Notes: generated by a model from the sequence alone, not told the origin. Numbered from the stretch's first letter, positions 1 to 9,825 are shown. The stretch: 64,000 bases of DNA from an uncultured Nitrososphaerota archaeon (GCA_963718895.1 CAVRAG010000007.1:576001-640000), one strand, 5' to 3'. Numbers and translations are program-made.

Positions 1-394
1 CCGGCTTGATGACCGCCGGGTAGCCCAGCGCTTCGAGGGACCTGAGTGCCGCCTCCTCGGTGAACGCGACGAACGTCCTGGGCGTCGGGATGCCTGCGCG
101 GGCGAGCGCGAGGCTGCCGAAGAGTTTGTCGCTGGAGATGTTGGCTGACTGGAAGCTGTTCACGACGCGGTGTCCCAAGGACTCTAGGGTCGCCGTGGCG
201 TGGATGTTCCTGTAGTGGCTGACGCACCTCTCGAGGACCAGGTGGTCGGCGATTCCGCTTTTCCTCCCGGTCGCCTCGAGCGCGAGCTCCCTGGCGTCAA
301 TCAGGTTGACTTGGACGCCCTTCTTCTTGGCCGCGTCCACGATGGCCTTCTCCTCCCAGCGTATCAGGTCGTAGAGGAGGGTGAACGAAGCCAT
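1..394 (-). CDS. lysX: LysX/RimK-family ATP-grasp ligase (aminoadipate-LysW ligase), 3' end outside window
   Basis: Manual translation MASFTLLYDLIRWEEKAI...ERCVSHYR...SDKL...GIPTPRT...GYPAVIKP; directly downstream of lysW; not in ORF track. Confidence 0.88.
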   Translation of the reverse strand, partial: MASFTLLYDLIRWEEKAIVDAAKKKGVQVNLIDARELALEATGRKSGIADHLVLERCVSHYRNIHATATLESLGHRVVNSFQSANISSDKLFGSLALARAGIPTPRTFVAFTEEAALRSLEALGYPAVIKP

Positions 395-396
395 CG

Positions 397-567
397 CTAC
401 TCTCCCCAGTCCTCTTCCTCGAGCTCGGCAGGACGGACGGAGAGCTGCCCGGACTCCTTGTCCTTGACCACTTCGTAGGAGGCTCCGCAGTCCTTGCAGG
501 AGACGACCTCTCCCTGGATTGCGTCCGGCGGAATCGGCAGCGCGGCGTCACACTCTGGACAGTTCAT
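397..567 (-). CDS. lysW: Amino-group carrier protein LysW (copy 1, 56 aa)
   Basis: MNCPECD...SCKDCG...ELEEEDWGE*: two CxxC and C-terminal EDWGE; SD-like GAAGGTGA upstream. Confidence 0.96.
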   Translation of the reverse strand: MNCPECDAALPIPPDAIQGEVVSCKDCGASYEVVKDKESGQLSVRPAELEEEDWGE

Positions 568-606
568 GGGTTCACCTTCAAACTTCGGCCTGTCGACGTT
601 CCACGT

Positions 607-632
607 TATTTAATGGTATTCGTCCGAAAATC
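607..632 (-). promoter_or_regulatory. Putative lysW-lysX promoter (TTAAATA) with adjacent imperfect palindrome, candidate LysM operator
   Basis: Minus strand reads GATTTTCG-GA-CGAATACC-A-TTAAATA upstream of lysW, immediately after lysM. Confidence 0.45.
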
Positions 633-1044
633 AGCGCAGCGTTCGCAGGATTATCGTCGTGTTTGTGTTGAGGACGCCGCTTATCCTGCGAATCTCCTCC
701 ACCGACTTGTTCACCTCTGCGATATCGGAACCGCTGATGATCGCCGCGATGTCGAAGGCACCGGTCGTCTCGTAGATCGTCTCGACGCCCTTGACCGTCC
801 CGATCCTCCTGCTGACCTCGGAGGTCGGGTTGGCGGGGCTGACCGAGACGTAGGTTATGGCGCTCGTCAGCTGGGGCTCGCTGACCTCGATTGTGAACCT
901 CTTGATCGTCCCCCCCTTCACGAGGTTGGAGACCCTTCGTCTGACGGCGGCTTCCGAGAGCCCGACCTTGCCGGCTATCTCGACGAACGAGACCCGCGAG
1001 TCCCTCCGCAGGTGCTCCAGTATCCTCTCGTCGATCTTATCCAG
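631..1044 (-). CDS. lysM: Lrp/AsnC-family regulator LysM (probable CTG start)
   Basis: LDKIDERILEHLRRDSRVSFVEIAGKVGLSEAAVRRRV HTH plus RAM domain (YETTGAFDI); inside lys/arg cluster. Confidence 0.85.
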   Translation of the reverse strand: MDKIDERILEHLRRDSRVSFVEIAGKVGLSEAAVRRRVSNLVKGGTIKRFTIEVSEPQLTSAITYVSVSPANPTSEVSRRIGTVKGVETIYETTGAFDIAAIISGSDIAEVNKSVEEIRRISGVLNTNTTIILRTLR

Positions 1045-2228
1045 GCGCCTTCATCTCCTCGGAGGAGAGGACGCTGTCGAGGACCTCCACAGACCGCCGG
1101 ATCTGGTGCTCTGAGATGACGAGCGGCGGCAGCAGCCTCACGACCGTCCGTCCGGAGTAGGTGAACAGGACGCGTTCCTTGAGCGCGTTCAGGAGGATGT
1201 TCTGGATGTCGACCCTCATCTCGAGGGCGAGCATCAGCCCCAGGCCCCTCGCCTCCCTCGCCATCTTGTGCTTTGCGACCAGCGCGTTCAGCTGTTCGAG
1301 GAAGAGCGTCCCCCGGGAGACCGCCTGTCCAGGCAGGTCGTTCTTGATGATGTAGTCCAGTGTGGCCGTGCCCGCGGCGCAGGAGAGGGGGTTCCCTCCA
1401 AAGGTCGAGGTCTGCTCACCCTTCTTCAGAGAGTGAAGGACTTCCTTCCTCGCAATGGTCGCTCCGATCGGCACCCCACCCGCGAGCCCCTTTGCTGAGA
1501 CTAGGACGTCGGGCACGACTCCCCAGTTCTCGACGGCCCAGAGCTTTCCGGTGCGTCCCAGCCCCGTCTGGACCTCGTCGGCGATCATGAGGATACCTCG
1601 TCTGTCGCAGAGCTCCCTGACACTCTTCAGGTAGTCCGGGGGCGGGAGTATGATTCCGCCTTCCCCCTGGATTGGCTCCAGCATCACCCCCGCCGTGTCG
1701 GAGTCAATCGCAGCCCTCTAGCTCGGCGAGGTTCCCGAACTCGACGTGCTTGAAGGAGGGGAGGAGCGGCTCGAAGGGGTCCTTGTACTTCTTGCTCCAA
1801 GTGGCCGAGAGCGCGCCCGCTGTCTTCCCGTGGAAGGCCCCCTTCATCGCTATCAGTCCCTTCTTTCCTGTGAACTTCTTGGCGAGCTTGATCGCGACCT
1901 CGTTGGCCTCGGCTCCGCTGTTGGAGAGGAATGCGGCGTCGAGACCCTTCGGGGTGCACGAGGTGAGCTTCTCGAGGAAGGTCGCGCGGACGTCGTTGTA
2001 GAGAGAGCTGTGGCAGGTTATCAGCCTCTCCGCCTGGCTCTTGACCGCCGCCACTACCTCAGGGTTGCAATGGCCGACGATCGCGACGCCGTACCCTCCC
2101 ATGCAGTCGATGTACAGGTTGCCGTGGTCGTCCCAGACCTCCGCCCCCGAGCCCCGCACTATCACGACCGGGAACTTCTGGTAGGTCTGAGGCCCGTGGA
2201 GTTCCTCCGCTTCCATTGTGTTCATCAT
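1037..2228 (-). CDS. lysJ: [LysW]-aminoadipate/glutamate semialdehyde aminotransferase (LysJ/ArgD); 1-nt frameshift near 1715
   Basis: Class III aminotransferase motifs SNSGAEANE, FHGKT, EPIQGEGG, DEVQTGLGRTG, SAKGLAGG; extra G in a G run. Confidence 0.9.
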
Positions 2229-3041
2229 GAGCGGATCACAGTGCAACCTTCGTGAGCCATCGCGGCGGAGAGCGGTGACGGCCCGAAACCCGAGGCGATT
2301 ATCACCTCCCTGACCCCGCCCTCCATCGCCTCGATCCCCGCGAGGACCTTCTTCTGCATCCCGAACCCTATCTTTGGCAGGGAGGACCTCGCCTGCTCGA
2401 CGGTCAGGCTCTCCACCACCTTCCCGTCCAGCTTTAGACCCTTCACGTCGGTGAGGAAGAGGACGGCGTCCGCCCGCGCCCCGACGGCGAGGTACGCCGC
2501 CGCCCTGTCGGAGTCGACGTTGAGGGGCTCTGCCTCGTCGCCCATGGCGACGGGGGAGACCACGGGGATGAATCCCCCGATCCAGGAGCGCGTCGATGAC
2601 TGTCCCGTCGGCTGACTGCATCTTCCCCGTGTAGCCGCCGTCTATCACGACCTTCCTGCTGCGCTCGTCGACTATCAGGAGCTTCTTCTTCCGGGAGGCC
2701 CTGAGGACGCCTCCGTCCAGCCCGGAGAGCGAGACGGCCCTGATCCCGCTTCTGGCGAGCGTCTCCAGGAGCTTCTTGGCTATCATCCCGCACATGACCA
2801 TCGTGTAGATGTCCATCGTCTCCCTGTCGGTGTATCGGCTCTTGATCCCGTCCGGGGAGACCACGAACCGCTGTTCTTTGCCGAGTTTCGTGGCGATCTG
2901 CGTCACGGTGTCGCCCCCTCCGTGCACGAGGATGAGCTGGTTTGAGGAGCTCGTCTCCTTGATGTCGGCCAAGAGCGCGGCGGGGAACTCAGCCCCAACT
3001 ATGTCGCCGCCCAGCTTGATGACGATCCTCAATTCGCTCAC
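2225..3041 (-). CDS. lysZ: [LysW]-aminoadipate/glutamate kinase (LysZ/ArgB); 1-nt frameshift near 2575
   Basis: IVIKLGG, VHGGG, SRYTD, GGYTGK, LNVDSDRAA, LTDV, GMQKK. Confidence 0.9.
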
Positions 3042-4099
3042 ACCGGATGCAGCGGGGCGTCGTAGATTCCCTGCTTCTCGTCCAGGCCCAGCATGATGTT
3101 CATTACCTGGACCGCGTTGCCGGCCGCCCCCTTCAGGAGGTTGTCGATCGCGCCGATGGCCACTATCCTGTGGCCCCGCTCGTCGAGCTCGAATCCGACG
3201 TCGCAGAAGTTGGAGCCTATCACGACCTTCGGGTCCGGGAGCCTGAACGGGCCCTTCCTGTCCTTGACCATCCGGACGAACGGCTTGTCGCCGTACTGCG
3301 CCCTGTAGAGCTTCCAGAGTGTCGAGTTCTGTAGATCTCCTTCGTAGAAGACGTGGCACGTCGAGAGTATCCCCCTCACCATGTTCACCGCGTGGGCCGA
3401 CATCGATACGGTCACCCTGCTCTCGCCCAGCCAGGAGAGCTGCTGCTCTATCTCGCCCGTGTGCCTGTGTCCCGCTGGCTTGTACGGTCGGATGACGCCG
3501 TACCTCTCCGAAAAGTGGGTCGATAGAGAGGGCTTGCCGCCCGCGCCAGAGGAAGCGATCTTGGCGTCTACGACTACGTGGTCCCCGTCCACTCGGAAGT
3601 CCCTCTGCTTGAAGAGTGGGGCCATCGCCAGGATCGAGGTTATCGCCATGCACCCGGGCGAGGCAGCGAGGCTCGTCTTCGAGATCTCGTCCCTGTTGAG
3701 TTCGGGGATCGCGTAGACGAACTTGGCGAGCAGCTCGGGGTTGGGGTGCTTGAATCCGTACCACACCTCGTAGTCGGCCGCGTTCTTGAGTCTGAAGTCG
3801 GCACTGAGGTCGACAATCTTCAGGCCCGATGCAGCTAGCTGCGAGATCAGGGAGAGAGACTGGCCGTGGGGCAACGCCGTCAGCACCACGTCGGCCATTC
3901 CCGTGATCTTCGAGACGTCGTTGTCGATGAACTGCATCTCAGTCATCCCCCTCAGGTTCGGGTGGACCCTGAACAGGTACTCGCCTGCGTTCTTCCTGGA
4001 GGTCGCGAAGGCGAGGTCGACCTTCCCGTGCTTCAGGAGTAGTCTGACGAGCTCGCCCCCGGCGTATCCGGAGGCGCCCACAACTCCAACGCGCACCAT
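3038..4099 (-). CDS. lysY: [LysW]-glutamyl/aminoadipyl-phosphate reductase (LysY/ArgC)
   Basis: GASGYAGGE, DLSADFRL, PGC, SSGAG, IDNLLKGAAGNAVQ. Confidence 0.95.
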   Translation of the reverse strand: MVRVGVVGASGYAGGELVRLLLKHGKVDLAFATSRKNAGEYLFRVHPNLRGMTEMQFIDNDVSKITGMADVVLTALPHGQSLSLISQLAASGLKIVDLSADFRLKNAADYEVWYGFKHPNPELLAKFVYAIPELNRDEISKTSLAASPGCMAITSILAMAPLFKQRDFRVDGDHVVVDAKIASSGAGGKPSLSTHFSERYGVIRPYKPAGHRHTGEIEQQLSWLGESRVTVSMSAHAVNMVRGILSTCHVFYEGDLQNSTLWKLYRAQYGDKPFVRMVKDRKGPFRLPDPKVVIGSNFCDVGFELDERGHRIVAIGAIDNLLKGAAGNAVQVMNIMLGLDEKQGIYDAPLHPV

Positions 4100-4954
4100 C
4101 TATCGCTTCGCGCTCCGGATCACAAAGTCTATCATCTTCTTGGCGATCTTAGTCTTGGAAGCCGCCTGCGCCCCCTTGAACTCGACGGTGTTATTCACCT
4201 CGTGGACCACGTACCCGTTCTTCGACTCCATGACGTCGACGCCGAGTATGCCTCCCCCGACTGCGTGCGCCGCCTTGTGGATGATCTCTGTGAGCTCCTT
4301 GTCGGCCTTGAAGGAGGTGGTGGTCGCGCCCCGAGCTACGTTTGTCCTCCACTCGTTATCCGAGGCGTTCCTGTAGACCGTCGCGATTATCTCTTCCCCG
4401 GCGACTATGGCGCGTATGTCGCGCGGAGGTCGTTCCACGTACTCCTGGAGGTAGTACATGTGCTCTATGGGGTTCGGTATCGACTCCCTCAGCTCGACTA
4501 TGGTGTCGAGGATCTGGGGGTCCCTGGCGATACTGATCATCCTCCCCCAGCTCCCGACGAAAGGCTTCATCACGACCGGATAGCCGACGAGGTTCGCGGT
4601 CTGGTCGACCGACTCGGACGAGAGCGCGACGAAGGTCCTCGGAGTCGGGACCCCTGCCTTGGCCAGCACCATCGAGCTGATCAGTTTGTTCCCGCAGACG
4701 TCCGAGACGTTGGAGTTGTTTATCACGTAGGCGCCGAAGTTCTCCATGATTCTGGTCAGGAAGAGCGACCGGTAGTAGCTTATGCACCGCTGGAGCACGA
4801 CGTCCCCGAACCGGTTCTTTGCGTCCCGGTCGGTCAGCTCGAATGAGAGCAGTCTGCCGTCGACCAGCTCGGTGGTGTGGCCCGACTTCTTGGCTTCATG
4901 CGCCAGCCACTTCTCCTCGCCTCGTATCCTGTCGAAGACTATTGTGATCTTCAA
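4100..4954 (-). CDS. argX: Glutamate-LysW ligase ArgX (LysX paralogue)
   Basis: ATP-grasp KPFVGSWGR, QEY, RDIR, WRTNVARG, EVNNTVEF; follows argH-lysW. Confidence 0.85.
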   Translation of the reverse strand: MKITIVFDRIRGEEKWLAHEAKKSGHTTELVDGRLLSFELTDRDAKNRFGDVVLQRCISYYRSLFLTRIMENFGAYVINNSNVSDVCGNKLISSMVLAKAGVPTPRTFVALSSESVDQTANLVGYPVVMKPFVGSWGRMISIARDPQILDTIVELRESIPNPIEHMYYLQEYVERPPRDIRAIVAGEEIIATVYRNASDNEWRTNVARGATTTSFKADKELTEIIHKAAHAVGGGILGVDVMESKNGYVVHEVNNTVEFKGAQAASKTKIAKKMIDFVIRSAKR

Positions 4955-4955
4955 G

Positions 4956-5129
4956 CTACTCGCCCCAGTCCTCTTCGGCGACCTCGGCAGGCTTTAGCGT
5001 GACCTTGCCGCTCCCGAGCGAGGCGACCTCGTACTCGGCGCTGCACTCCTTGCACTGGACTATCTCGCCGACGATGGCGTCCTCTGGTATGGTTATGTCC
5101 GCGTCGCATTCTTCGCACTTTGCTATCAT
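4956..5129 (-). CDS. lysW: Amino-group carrier protein LysW (copy 2, 57 aa)
   Basis: MIAKCEECD...QCKECS...EVAEEDWGE*; SD GAGGTGA; not in ORF track. Confidence 0.96.
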   Translation of the reverse strand: MIAKCEECDADITIPEDAIVGEIVQCKECSAEYEVASLGSGKVTLKPAEVAEEDWGE

Positions 5130-6613
5130 CTTATCACCTCACCTTCGATCTTGCCTACCTGGGCTCTGAGTCGGCCGTCGGCCTCCTTCAGCGAACTCCG
5201 CGCGCGGGATATCCACGAAAGATTCTGCCTGAGGAAGCGGGAGTCCTTGAGGAGGAGACGTGGCACTGAGTGTGGGTTGGCCCCACCCGCTGTGCGCGTC
5301 AATTCAAGGGTTTTGAGTGCATCGAGCACGTTTCGAAGCTGGTCTTTATCAATCTTTAGCGGCCTCCCGGTCACGCGGGAGGAGATAGGGGACATCTCCT
5401 TCAGCGCAGCCTCCGCGAGGGTCGAGCCGCGCTCCAGGGCGGTCCTGACAAGCTCCCCGACGATCGCGTGGGCTTGGCGGAACGGGACGCCGTGCATCCT
5501 GACGAGGTGGTTTGCGAGCTCTGTCGCGGTCGACATGTCCCCGCTGACCGCGCTACGCAGCCTTTCGGGGTCGAATTTCAACGAAGAGAGCATCTCGGCC
5601 GTGAGCCGGGCCGAGGAGATCGTATCGTCTGTGGCCCTCCAGAGGTGGGGCGTGACCTCCTGCAGGTCCAGGTTGTAGGAGTTCGGCAGAGCCTTTGTGA
5701 TGGCGAAGGAGGCAGTCAGTTCACCCAGGACTGACCCGCACTTGGCCCTGACCGTCTCCGCGACTACTGGATTCTTCTTCTGAGGCATGATGCTGCTGGT
5801 CGCGCTGAACTCGTCGGCGACCTCCGCGAAGCCGAACTCCGAGGTGCTCCAGAGGATAACCTCCTCGGCCATCCGGCTCAGGTTCACCATCGCCATGGCT
5901 GCGACGGAGACGCTCTCAAGCGCGAAATCCCGGGAAGAGACCGCGTCCATGGCGTTCTCCGCCAGTCCCCCGAACCCCAGGAGCGAGGAGACGTATGCTC
6001 TGTCAATCCGGATCGACGTGCCCGCTAGGGCCGCGGCGCCCATGGGCGAGAGGTTCACCCGACCGTACGCCTCCTCGACCCGCTCAACGTCGCGCTGGAC
6101 CGCTTCGAAGTACCCTTGGAGGTGATGAGCGACCGTTACGGGCTGGGCGTGCTGGAGGTGAGTGTATCCCGGCATAAGAAGCCTGCCGTATATGCGGATG
6201 AGGTGGATGAGCGACCCCTGGACTCTGCAGAGGGCGGACAGAAGATCGAGGAGGCGATCCCGCGTCTCCATCCTGAGCGCCGTGGCCACCTGGTCGTTCC
6301 TGCTCTTGCCGAGGTTTAGGTAGCCCGCCTTATCCATCCCTATCGTCTTGATAGCTTCCTGTTCTATCATGTGATGTACATCCTCAGTGGTCTTGTCAAG
6401 TTCGAGATGGGATGGGAGTCCGCTGAGGAACCTCAATGACGCCGAGGCGACCACTGGGCTGACTTCCTTCGACCTGTACAGAGCGAGCATATGAGCCATG
6501 TTTATCGACGCGACGTGCTTCGTGAGGGGGGTGTCGAAGCCTATCGAGGAGATGAAGTCATTCGCTCTCTTGCTCGATCGCCTAACTCGACTTCCTCTCA
6601 GTATGTTTGGCAT
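5126..6613 (-). CDS. argH: Argininosuccinate lyase
   Basis: GKSRNDQVAT, PGYTHLQHAQP, SSIMPQKKNP. Confidence 0.96.
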   Translation of the reverse strand: MPNILRGSRVRRSSKRANDFISSIGFDTPLTKHVASINMAHMLALYRSKEVSPVVASASLRFLSGLPSHLELDKTTEDVHHMIEQEAIKTIGMDKAGYLNLGKSRNDQVATALRMETRDRLLDLLSALCRVQGSLIHLIRIYGRLLMPGYTHLQHAQPVTVAHHLQGYFEAVQRDVERVEEAYGRVNLSPMGAAALAGTSIRIDRAYVSSLLGFGGLAENAMDAVSSRDFALESVSVAAMAMVNLSRMAEEVILWSTSEFGFAEVADEFSATSSIMPQKKNPVVAETVRAKCGSVLGELTASFAITKALPNSYNLDLQEVTPHLWRATDDTISSARLTAEMLSSLKFDPERLRSAVSGDMSTATELANHLVRMHGVPFRQAHAIVGELVRTALERGSTLAEAALKEMSPISSRVTGRPLKIDKDQLRNVLDALKTLELTRTAGGANPHSVPRLLLKDSRFLRQNLSWISRARSSLKEADGRLRAQVGKIEGEVIR

Positions 6614-7817
6614 TTCTTCCTCTTTTGACTCCGGAAGACATCTTCGCGGCAATCCTAGATTGCAGACCCCAGAGCTCGATGAATCCGACAGCGGACGATT
6701 GGTCGAACGTGGACCCCTTCTGGTACGTTGCTTGACGGACCTTGTAGAGCGAGTAGGGTGAGGTCCGGCCTACTACGCGCAGTCCTCCCTTGTAGAGCTT
6801 CAGACGCACGCTCCCGGTGACTCTCCTCTGCGTTGTGTCTACGAAGCTGTCCAGCGCGGAACGAAGGGGGTCCATCCACAGGCCGGAGTAGACCAGCCAG
6901 GACCACTCCCTCTCGACGCCGACCTTGAACGCCAGCTCGTGCCTAGTGAGAACCAACTGCTCGAGGTCCCGGTGCGCCTCTATTATCGATACGGCGGCGG
7001 GCGCCTCGTAGACCTCGCGAGACTTTATCCCTACGAGCCGGTCCTCGATGTGGTCAATGATGCCGACTCCGTGCTTCCCCGCGAATGCGTTCACTTGACG
7101 AATCAGCGATAGACCGTCCTTTTCCACGCCGTTCAGCGAACGCGGTACGCCCTCGGCGAAGCCTATCTCTAGGTAGCCCGGAGTGTCCGGAGCGTCCTTC
7201 GGTAGCGTGACCCATTCGAACGCGCTTGCCGGAGGCTCGGCGTCCGGATCCTCCAGCGGCCCGCTCTCTATCGCCCGCCCCCAGAGGTTCTGGTCAATGC
7301 TGAAGATGGAGTTGGAGGGCTTCACCAATATGTTGTGCTTCTTCGCGTAGACCAGCTCTTGGTCCCTGCTCATGTTCCACTCCCTCACTGGCGCGATGAC
7401 ACGCAGAGATGGGTTGAGAGCCCGCACCGTGACGTCGAGCCTCACCTGGTCGTTGCCCTTCCCGGTGCATCCGTGCGACACGGCCGTGGCGCCCTCCTTC
7501 TCCGCGACCTCGACGAGCTTTGTCGCGATTAGCGGCCGTCCAAGGGCGGTAGCCAGGGGGTACTTCCCCTCGTACATCCCATTGGCACGGACCGAAGGCA
7601 GGACGTAGTTCTTGATGAACTCCTCCTTGACATCGATTTCGTAGTGCTTTACCGCGCCGACCGCCCTGGACCTCGCAGCGATTTCCTTGAAGTCCTCCTT
7701 CTGACCCAAGTCGAGCGTTAGCGTGATGACCTCGGCTCCGTACTTCTCTTGGAGCCAGCTGATGATTACGGAGGTGTCCAGGCCACCCGAGTAGGCGAGC
7801 ACTATCTTTTCTTTCAA
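6582..7817 (-). CDS. argG: Argininosuccinate synthase (probable leaderless TTG start)
   Basis: LAYSGGLDTS, HGCTGKGNDQVR, DRLVGIKSREVYEAP; TATAAAAA 25 nt upstream of TTG. Confidence 0.96.
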   Translation of the reverse strand: MKEKIVLAYSGGLDTSVIISWLQEKYGAEVITLTLDLGQKEDFKEIAARSRAVGAVKHYEIDVKEEFIKNYVLPSVRANGMYEGKYPLATALGRPLIATKLVEVAEKEGATAVSHGCTGKGNDQVRLDVTVRALNPSLRVIAPVREWNMSRDQELVYAKKHNILVKPSNSIFSIDQNLWGRAIESGPLEDPDAEPPASAFEWVTLPKDAPDTPGYLEIGFAEGVPRSLNGVEKDGLSLIRQVNAFAGKHGVGIIDHIEDRLVGIKSREVYEAPAAVSIIEAHRDLEQLVLTRHELAFKVGVEREWSWLVYSGLWMDPLRSALDSFVDTTQRRVTGSVRLKLYKGGLRVVGRTSPYSLYKVRQATYQKGSTFDQSSAVGFIELWGLQSRIAAKMSSGVKRGRNAKHTERKSS

Positions 7818-7890
7818 GCTTTTTTTGACCCTCGGTGAAATGTTTTTATAGATTTTGGCCATAAAGGACCCAAAATAGGGTGCTCTTGTT

Positions 7891-8616
7891 ACGAAATCGG
7901 TCACGCCGGGCGGGATAATCGCGGCTGTTAGAGACGAGATTGACTACGACCTCTCGCTGCAGGACGCTCTGGCAAGGGACTATGCAAACATCAGTGCGGT
8001 CTCCAGGATGATGCAGCCCCGGATTTCGGAGAAGCTGGGAAGAGAAGTGAACATCGAGAGCATCATCACCTCGATGAAACGCCTTCGGGGCGTCTACACG
8101 TTCGCGTCGGAGGAGATCAGGGAGGTGATAGGAGAGAGCGTGGTCAACGTGAGAACGAACGTCTCCAAGATCTCGGTCGAGAAGACGCGGAAGACCCTCG
8201 AGGCCGTGAGCGGCATGCTGGCCAGCCATCAGCACGATTTCCTGCATGTCTCCGAGAGCATCTCGTCGATTACGCTGATCTTCGACCAGAAGCTCCACAA
8301 GCGGATTAGGGACAGGCTCCCCGAATCGGTCATCCTGGAGGAGGGGGACGACTACGCGGCCATCATCGTCCAGAGCCCCATCAAGATCAGGACGACGCCC
8401 GGATGCCTGATCAACTTCTACAACCAGATAGCACGGAGGCACGTCAATATCGAGGACACGGTCAGCTGCCACACCGACACCATCATAGTCGTGAAGATGA
8501 AGGAGGTCGGAAAGGCCTTCACCGCGCTGACAGACCTGATATCGGAGGAGAGGAAGTGGCTCGAGTCGGGCGAGGCGGCGCGCCGCCAAGAGGCGCGAAT
8601 TCGTCAAAGTGTTTAA
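7891..8616 (+). CDS. Helical N-domain plus ACT-like protein, candidate amino-acid-responsive regulator (start uncertain)
   Basis: Frame open from 7879: KSVT...AAVRDEIDYDLSLQDALARDYANISAVSR; C-terminal TPG...NIEDTVSCHTD resembles ACT; divergent from argG, upstream of carA. Confidence 0.7.
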   Translation, partial: TKSVTPGGIIAAVRDEIDYDLSLQDALARDYANISAVSRMMQPRISEKLGREVNIESIITSMKRLRGVYTFASEEIREVIGESVVNVRTNVSKISVEKTRKTLEAVSGMLASHQHDFLHVSESISSITLIFDQKLHKRIRDRLPESVILEEGDDYAAIIVQSPIKIRTTPGCLINFYNQIARRHVNIEDTVSCHTDTIIVVKMKEVGKAFTALTDLISEERKWLESGEAARRQEARIRQSV

Positions 8617-8655
8617 AAACACACCGCCCTGAGCATATCTTCTTTAAGAGACCTA

Positions 8656-9825
8656 ATGGAAAAAACTGAGGGGAGCAACCCGGCCGTCCTTCTTCTGGAG
8701 GATGGTTCGCTCTTCCTCGGAAAGGGCTTTGGTGCGGAGACGACGGCAGTCGCCGAGGTCGTGTTCACGACGGGTATGGTGGGTTATCCCGAATCAATGA
8801 CGGACCCGTCCTATGCTGGCCAGGTTCTGACGTTCACGTTCCCCCTCATAGGGAACTATGGGGTCGCGAGCATGCAGGACCTTGATGTGATGGGGCTGCC
8901 GAGGCAGTTTGAATCGGAGTCCATCAAGGTTAGCGGAATCGTGGTGCAGGAGAACTGCGAGCGCCCGAGCCACTGGGACTCCAGGAGCACGCTGTCGGAC
9001 TGGATGCGCCGCGAAGGCGTGCCTGGCATCAGCGGGGTGGACACGAGGGCGCTGGTCACGAAGCTCAGGGAGAGGGGAGTTATGATGGGCATCCTGGCCA
9101 ACGGGGTGGAACTCTCGTCCAAGAGCGAGCTGCTGAAGCTTCTCAAGCGGTCCACTAAGTACGGTTCTATCGACTTCGTGAGGAGGGTCTCCCCGAAGAA
9201 GGCGAAGGTCTACGGAGACTCCGAGAAGTCCGTGGTGCTACTCGACTGCGGGACGAAGCTCAGCATAATACGCAACCTTCTCACCAGGGGCTACAGCGTC
9301 GTGAGGGCGCCTTTCGACTACTCCTACTCTGACGTCATGAGCCACGATCCGGTCGGGGTCGTCGTTAGCAACGGTCCCGGAGATCCCGTGCTCTGCGGGG
9401 CGACGGTCGCGACGACGGCGAGACTCATCGAGTCCGACGTGCCCACCCTTGGTATCTGTCTCGGGCAGCAGCTCGTCGCCATCTCGCAGGGAGCGACCAC
9501 CTTCAAGCTGAAGTATGGTCACAGAGGGCAGAACAAGCCTATCGTCGACCTGACGTCGGGCAGAGGATTCGTCGCGAGCGAGAACCACGGGTACTCGGTC
9601 GACGGCGCGAGTCTCGGGGGAACCGACCTGAAGCCGTGGTTCGTCAACGCGGACGATAAGAGCATCGAGGGGCTCATCCACTCGAAGAGGTCCTGCATCT
9701 CGGTCCAGTTCCATCCCGAGGCATCACCGGGGCCCTACGACGCCCAGTTCGTCTTCGACAGGTTTGCCTCGCTCATAGAGGGCAGGAAGATGGTAGGTGA
9801 GAAAGTTCGAACCATGAGAACGTGA
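8656..9825 (+). CDS. carA: Carbamoyl-phosphate synthase small subunit
   Basis: EVVFTTGMVGY, TDPSY, SNGPGDP, GICLG, VQFHPEASPGP. Confidence 0.97.
   Translation: MEKTEGSNPAVLLLEDGSLFLGKGFGAETTAVAEVVFTTGMVGYPESMTDPSYAGQVLTFTFPLIGNYGVASMQDLDVMGLPRQFESESIKVSGIVVQENCERPSHWDSRSTLSDWMRREGVPGISGVDTRALVTKLRERGVMMGILANGVELSSKSELLKLLKRSTKYGSIDFVRRVSPKKAKVYGDSEKSVVLLDCGTKLSIIRNLLTRGYSVVRAPFDYSYSDVMSHDPVGVVVSNGPGDPVLCGATVATTARLIESDVPTLGICLGQQLVAISQGATTFKLKYGHRGQNKPIVDLTSGRGFVASENHGYSVDGASLGGTDLKPWFVNADDKSIEGLIHSKRSCISVQFHPEASPGPYDAQFVFDRFASLIEGRKMVGEKVRTMRT

Noticed and set aside
1704-3764. 686-aa ORF suggesting a LysZ-LysJ fusion
   Set aside because: Artefact of the indels near 2575 and 1715; the genes have separate overlapping start and stop codons.
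7886-7925. Possible 20-nt intron (CGGT/ATCG helix) joining TTG 7886 to the ACT gene frame
   Set aside because: Flanking helices are missing; an indel or non-canonical start is simpler.
9797-9824. Second possible 13-nt intron (GTTC/GAAC helix) linking GTG 9797 to carB
   Set aside because: No inner or outer helix supports it, and GTG 9822 overlapping the carA stop already gives a plausible start.
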